A stretch of 64,000 bases of DNA from Nitrospirota bacterium (GTDB lineage Bacteria > Nitrospirota > UBA9217). The notes below the pieces were generated by a model that did not search any database, was not told the origin of the DNA, and saw only the letters and a program-made list of their open reading frames with translations. Shown here piece by piece: positions 62,778 to 64,000 of this stretch; the first letter of the stretch is position 1, and every line of letters begins with the position of its first letter. Both the position numbers and the translations under genes were made by a program. The DNA lies in contig CAWCKW010000012.1 in NCBI GenBank assembly GCA_963796285.1, positions 1 to 64,000 on the forward strand. Direction: 5' to 3'.

Positions 62778-64000
62778 CTATGGTTCCTTTTTTTCACACA
62801 TCATCTCATTCGGACAATACCGGCACTTGTTCTCATCCCGCGGTTTGGCAGGGAAATCTCCGGCGCGAATGTCTTCGATTGCCTTGCGGGCCTTTTCCAT
62901 GCTCTCTTGTAATATCGCCTCGAATTCCTCGGCGCTTTTAGGGCTTGCTTTGGGTCTTGCCATTGGATGATCATTGCGCGCCTCTTTATTAAAGAGCACC
63001 ACATCCCGCGCTCCACCCCCGGTCTTTCCGGCCAGGTCGTAATATGCCAGGCCGATGGGTTTCCGCAAGGGCACGGAGCGCTGTGCCCCAACCTGCTGCA
63101 TTGCCATGATCGCGTAGACCGGGAGCTGGAAGATGTCCTGCTCGGCATTCATCTTCGGTGAAGGGATAGCTGCCGGTCTTGTAATCCACGATGATAAAGT
63201 CCCCATTGCTGTCGACATCGATACGGTCGATCTTGGCCGAGAGCTCGACTTCTTCGCCATTCGAAAGGGCAAGACGGTATTGCCCGATCTTCTGCTCCAG
63301 GTAGGCCGGCTTCATTCCCTGCTTCCAGAACGCCTCCTCTGCATCGAGGAACCGTTCAGCCATGACCGTAAGAAAGCGCTCTTTGTCTCTTCGGTTGCGG
63401 AACGTGTCTGCTTCCTTGTCAAAGGCGGAGTCGGCGAGCTTTCGCAGGAACGCCTGCGCTGCATCGCGGGTCTCCCGGGTGACCGCCCGGTTCCATGAAA
63501 GGTAGAAGTTCCGCAGGATAGCGTGGATCTTGCTGCCGCGGTCCAGGGGAGAAATATCCTCGGTCACCTCTTCGAGCGGTTCGATGCCGAGGACATGCCT
63601 GACATAGTATTGATAAGGACAGTTGAGGTAGTCATCCAGCTCGGTAACCCAGAATTCGCGCTTCTGCTGCGGTGCAACGGAAGTGGTCGGTTCTGCCGGC
63701 CGGGTCTCGAGCGCGGACCTGATCCCGGCAAGTCCTTCGAGACCGGCGTTCAGGATGTCCTGTCTGTTGTTCATATTCCCTGACAGGCTCATCGCTTTTG
63801 CCAGCTCAGGTATGCTGTGGCTTTCTTCAAGCTTCAGGCTGAACTGGATGTGGGAGGTCTTTCCGATCCCGCGATTCAGCAGGCCTGATTTCTTGAGCGG
63901 GGTCAGCTCTTCCAGAAACGGCGATGGCACCACAGGCCGGTCGCCTTCGTTCTCCGGATAGGTAAGCGTAACGGTCCCGGCAGAAAGGAGAAGACGATAA
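62778..64000 (-). CDS. addB: AddB-like PD-(D/E)XK nuclease, C-terminal part (5' end outside window), frameshift at ~63163
   Basis: CPYQYY, RGSKIH, KIDRID..VDYKTG, QLPVY and CRYCPNEMMC (Fe-S staple cysteines). Confidence 0.88.

Overview
Bacterial genomic window with a diderm, probably anaerobic or microaerobic gene content. Gene style resembles Nitrospirota/Desulfobacterota, which is inference only. 1-13.7 kb is an accessory, partly decaying chemosensory region: cheD, a coiled-coil-GAF protein, a CheY-like regulator, a low-GC YeiH islet with an integrase scar, then a sigma54-driven exported rhodanese-MCP-cheW-heme-c MCP-pseudo-cheW-cheR-pseudo-cheD-cheB cluster, followed by DsbA and YihY remnants. 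13.8-25 kb holds PHP, DUF47-pit, CHRD, an aldo/keto reductase, an uncalled 57-aa Cys protein, LysR, ComEC and SorAB-type sulfite dehydrogenase. 25-35 kb is a core block: tRNA-Met, tilS-hpt-ftsH-folP-cdaA-cdaR-glmM and a DksA/TraR homologue. 35-47.5 kb holds an M1-remnant-ChaN-PDZ protein, nfu, rnfCDGEAB, gcvH and lpdA. 47.8-64 kb holds two tandem hybrid kinases sharing a duplicated ~1.5 kb output module, a second disulfide reductase, cysteine synthase, DegP/Q and addAB. Several single-base frameshifts (cheD1, yeiH, addA, addB) look like sequencing indels. No CRISPR array, rRNA or intact mobile element was seen. Best candidates for something new: the rhodanese-coupled chemosensory operon, a small protein that looks like a circularly permuted desulforedoxin, and a structured leader upstream of sorA.
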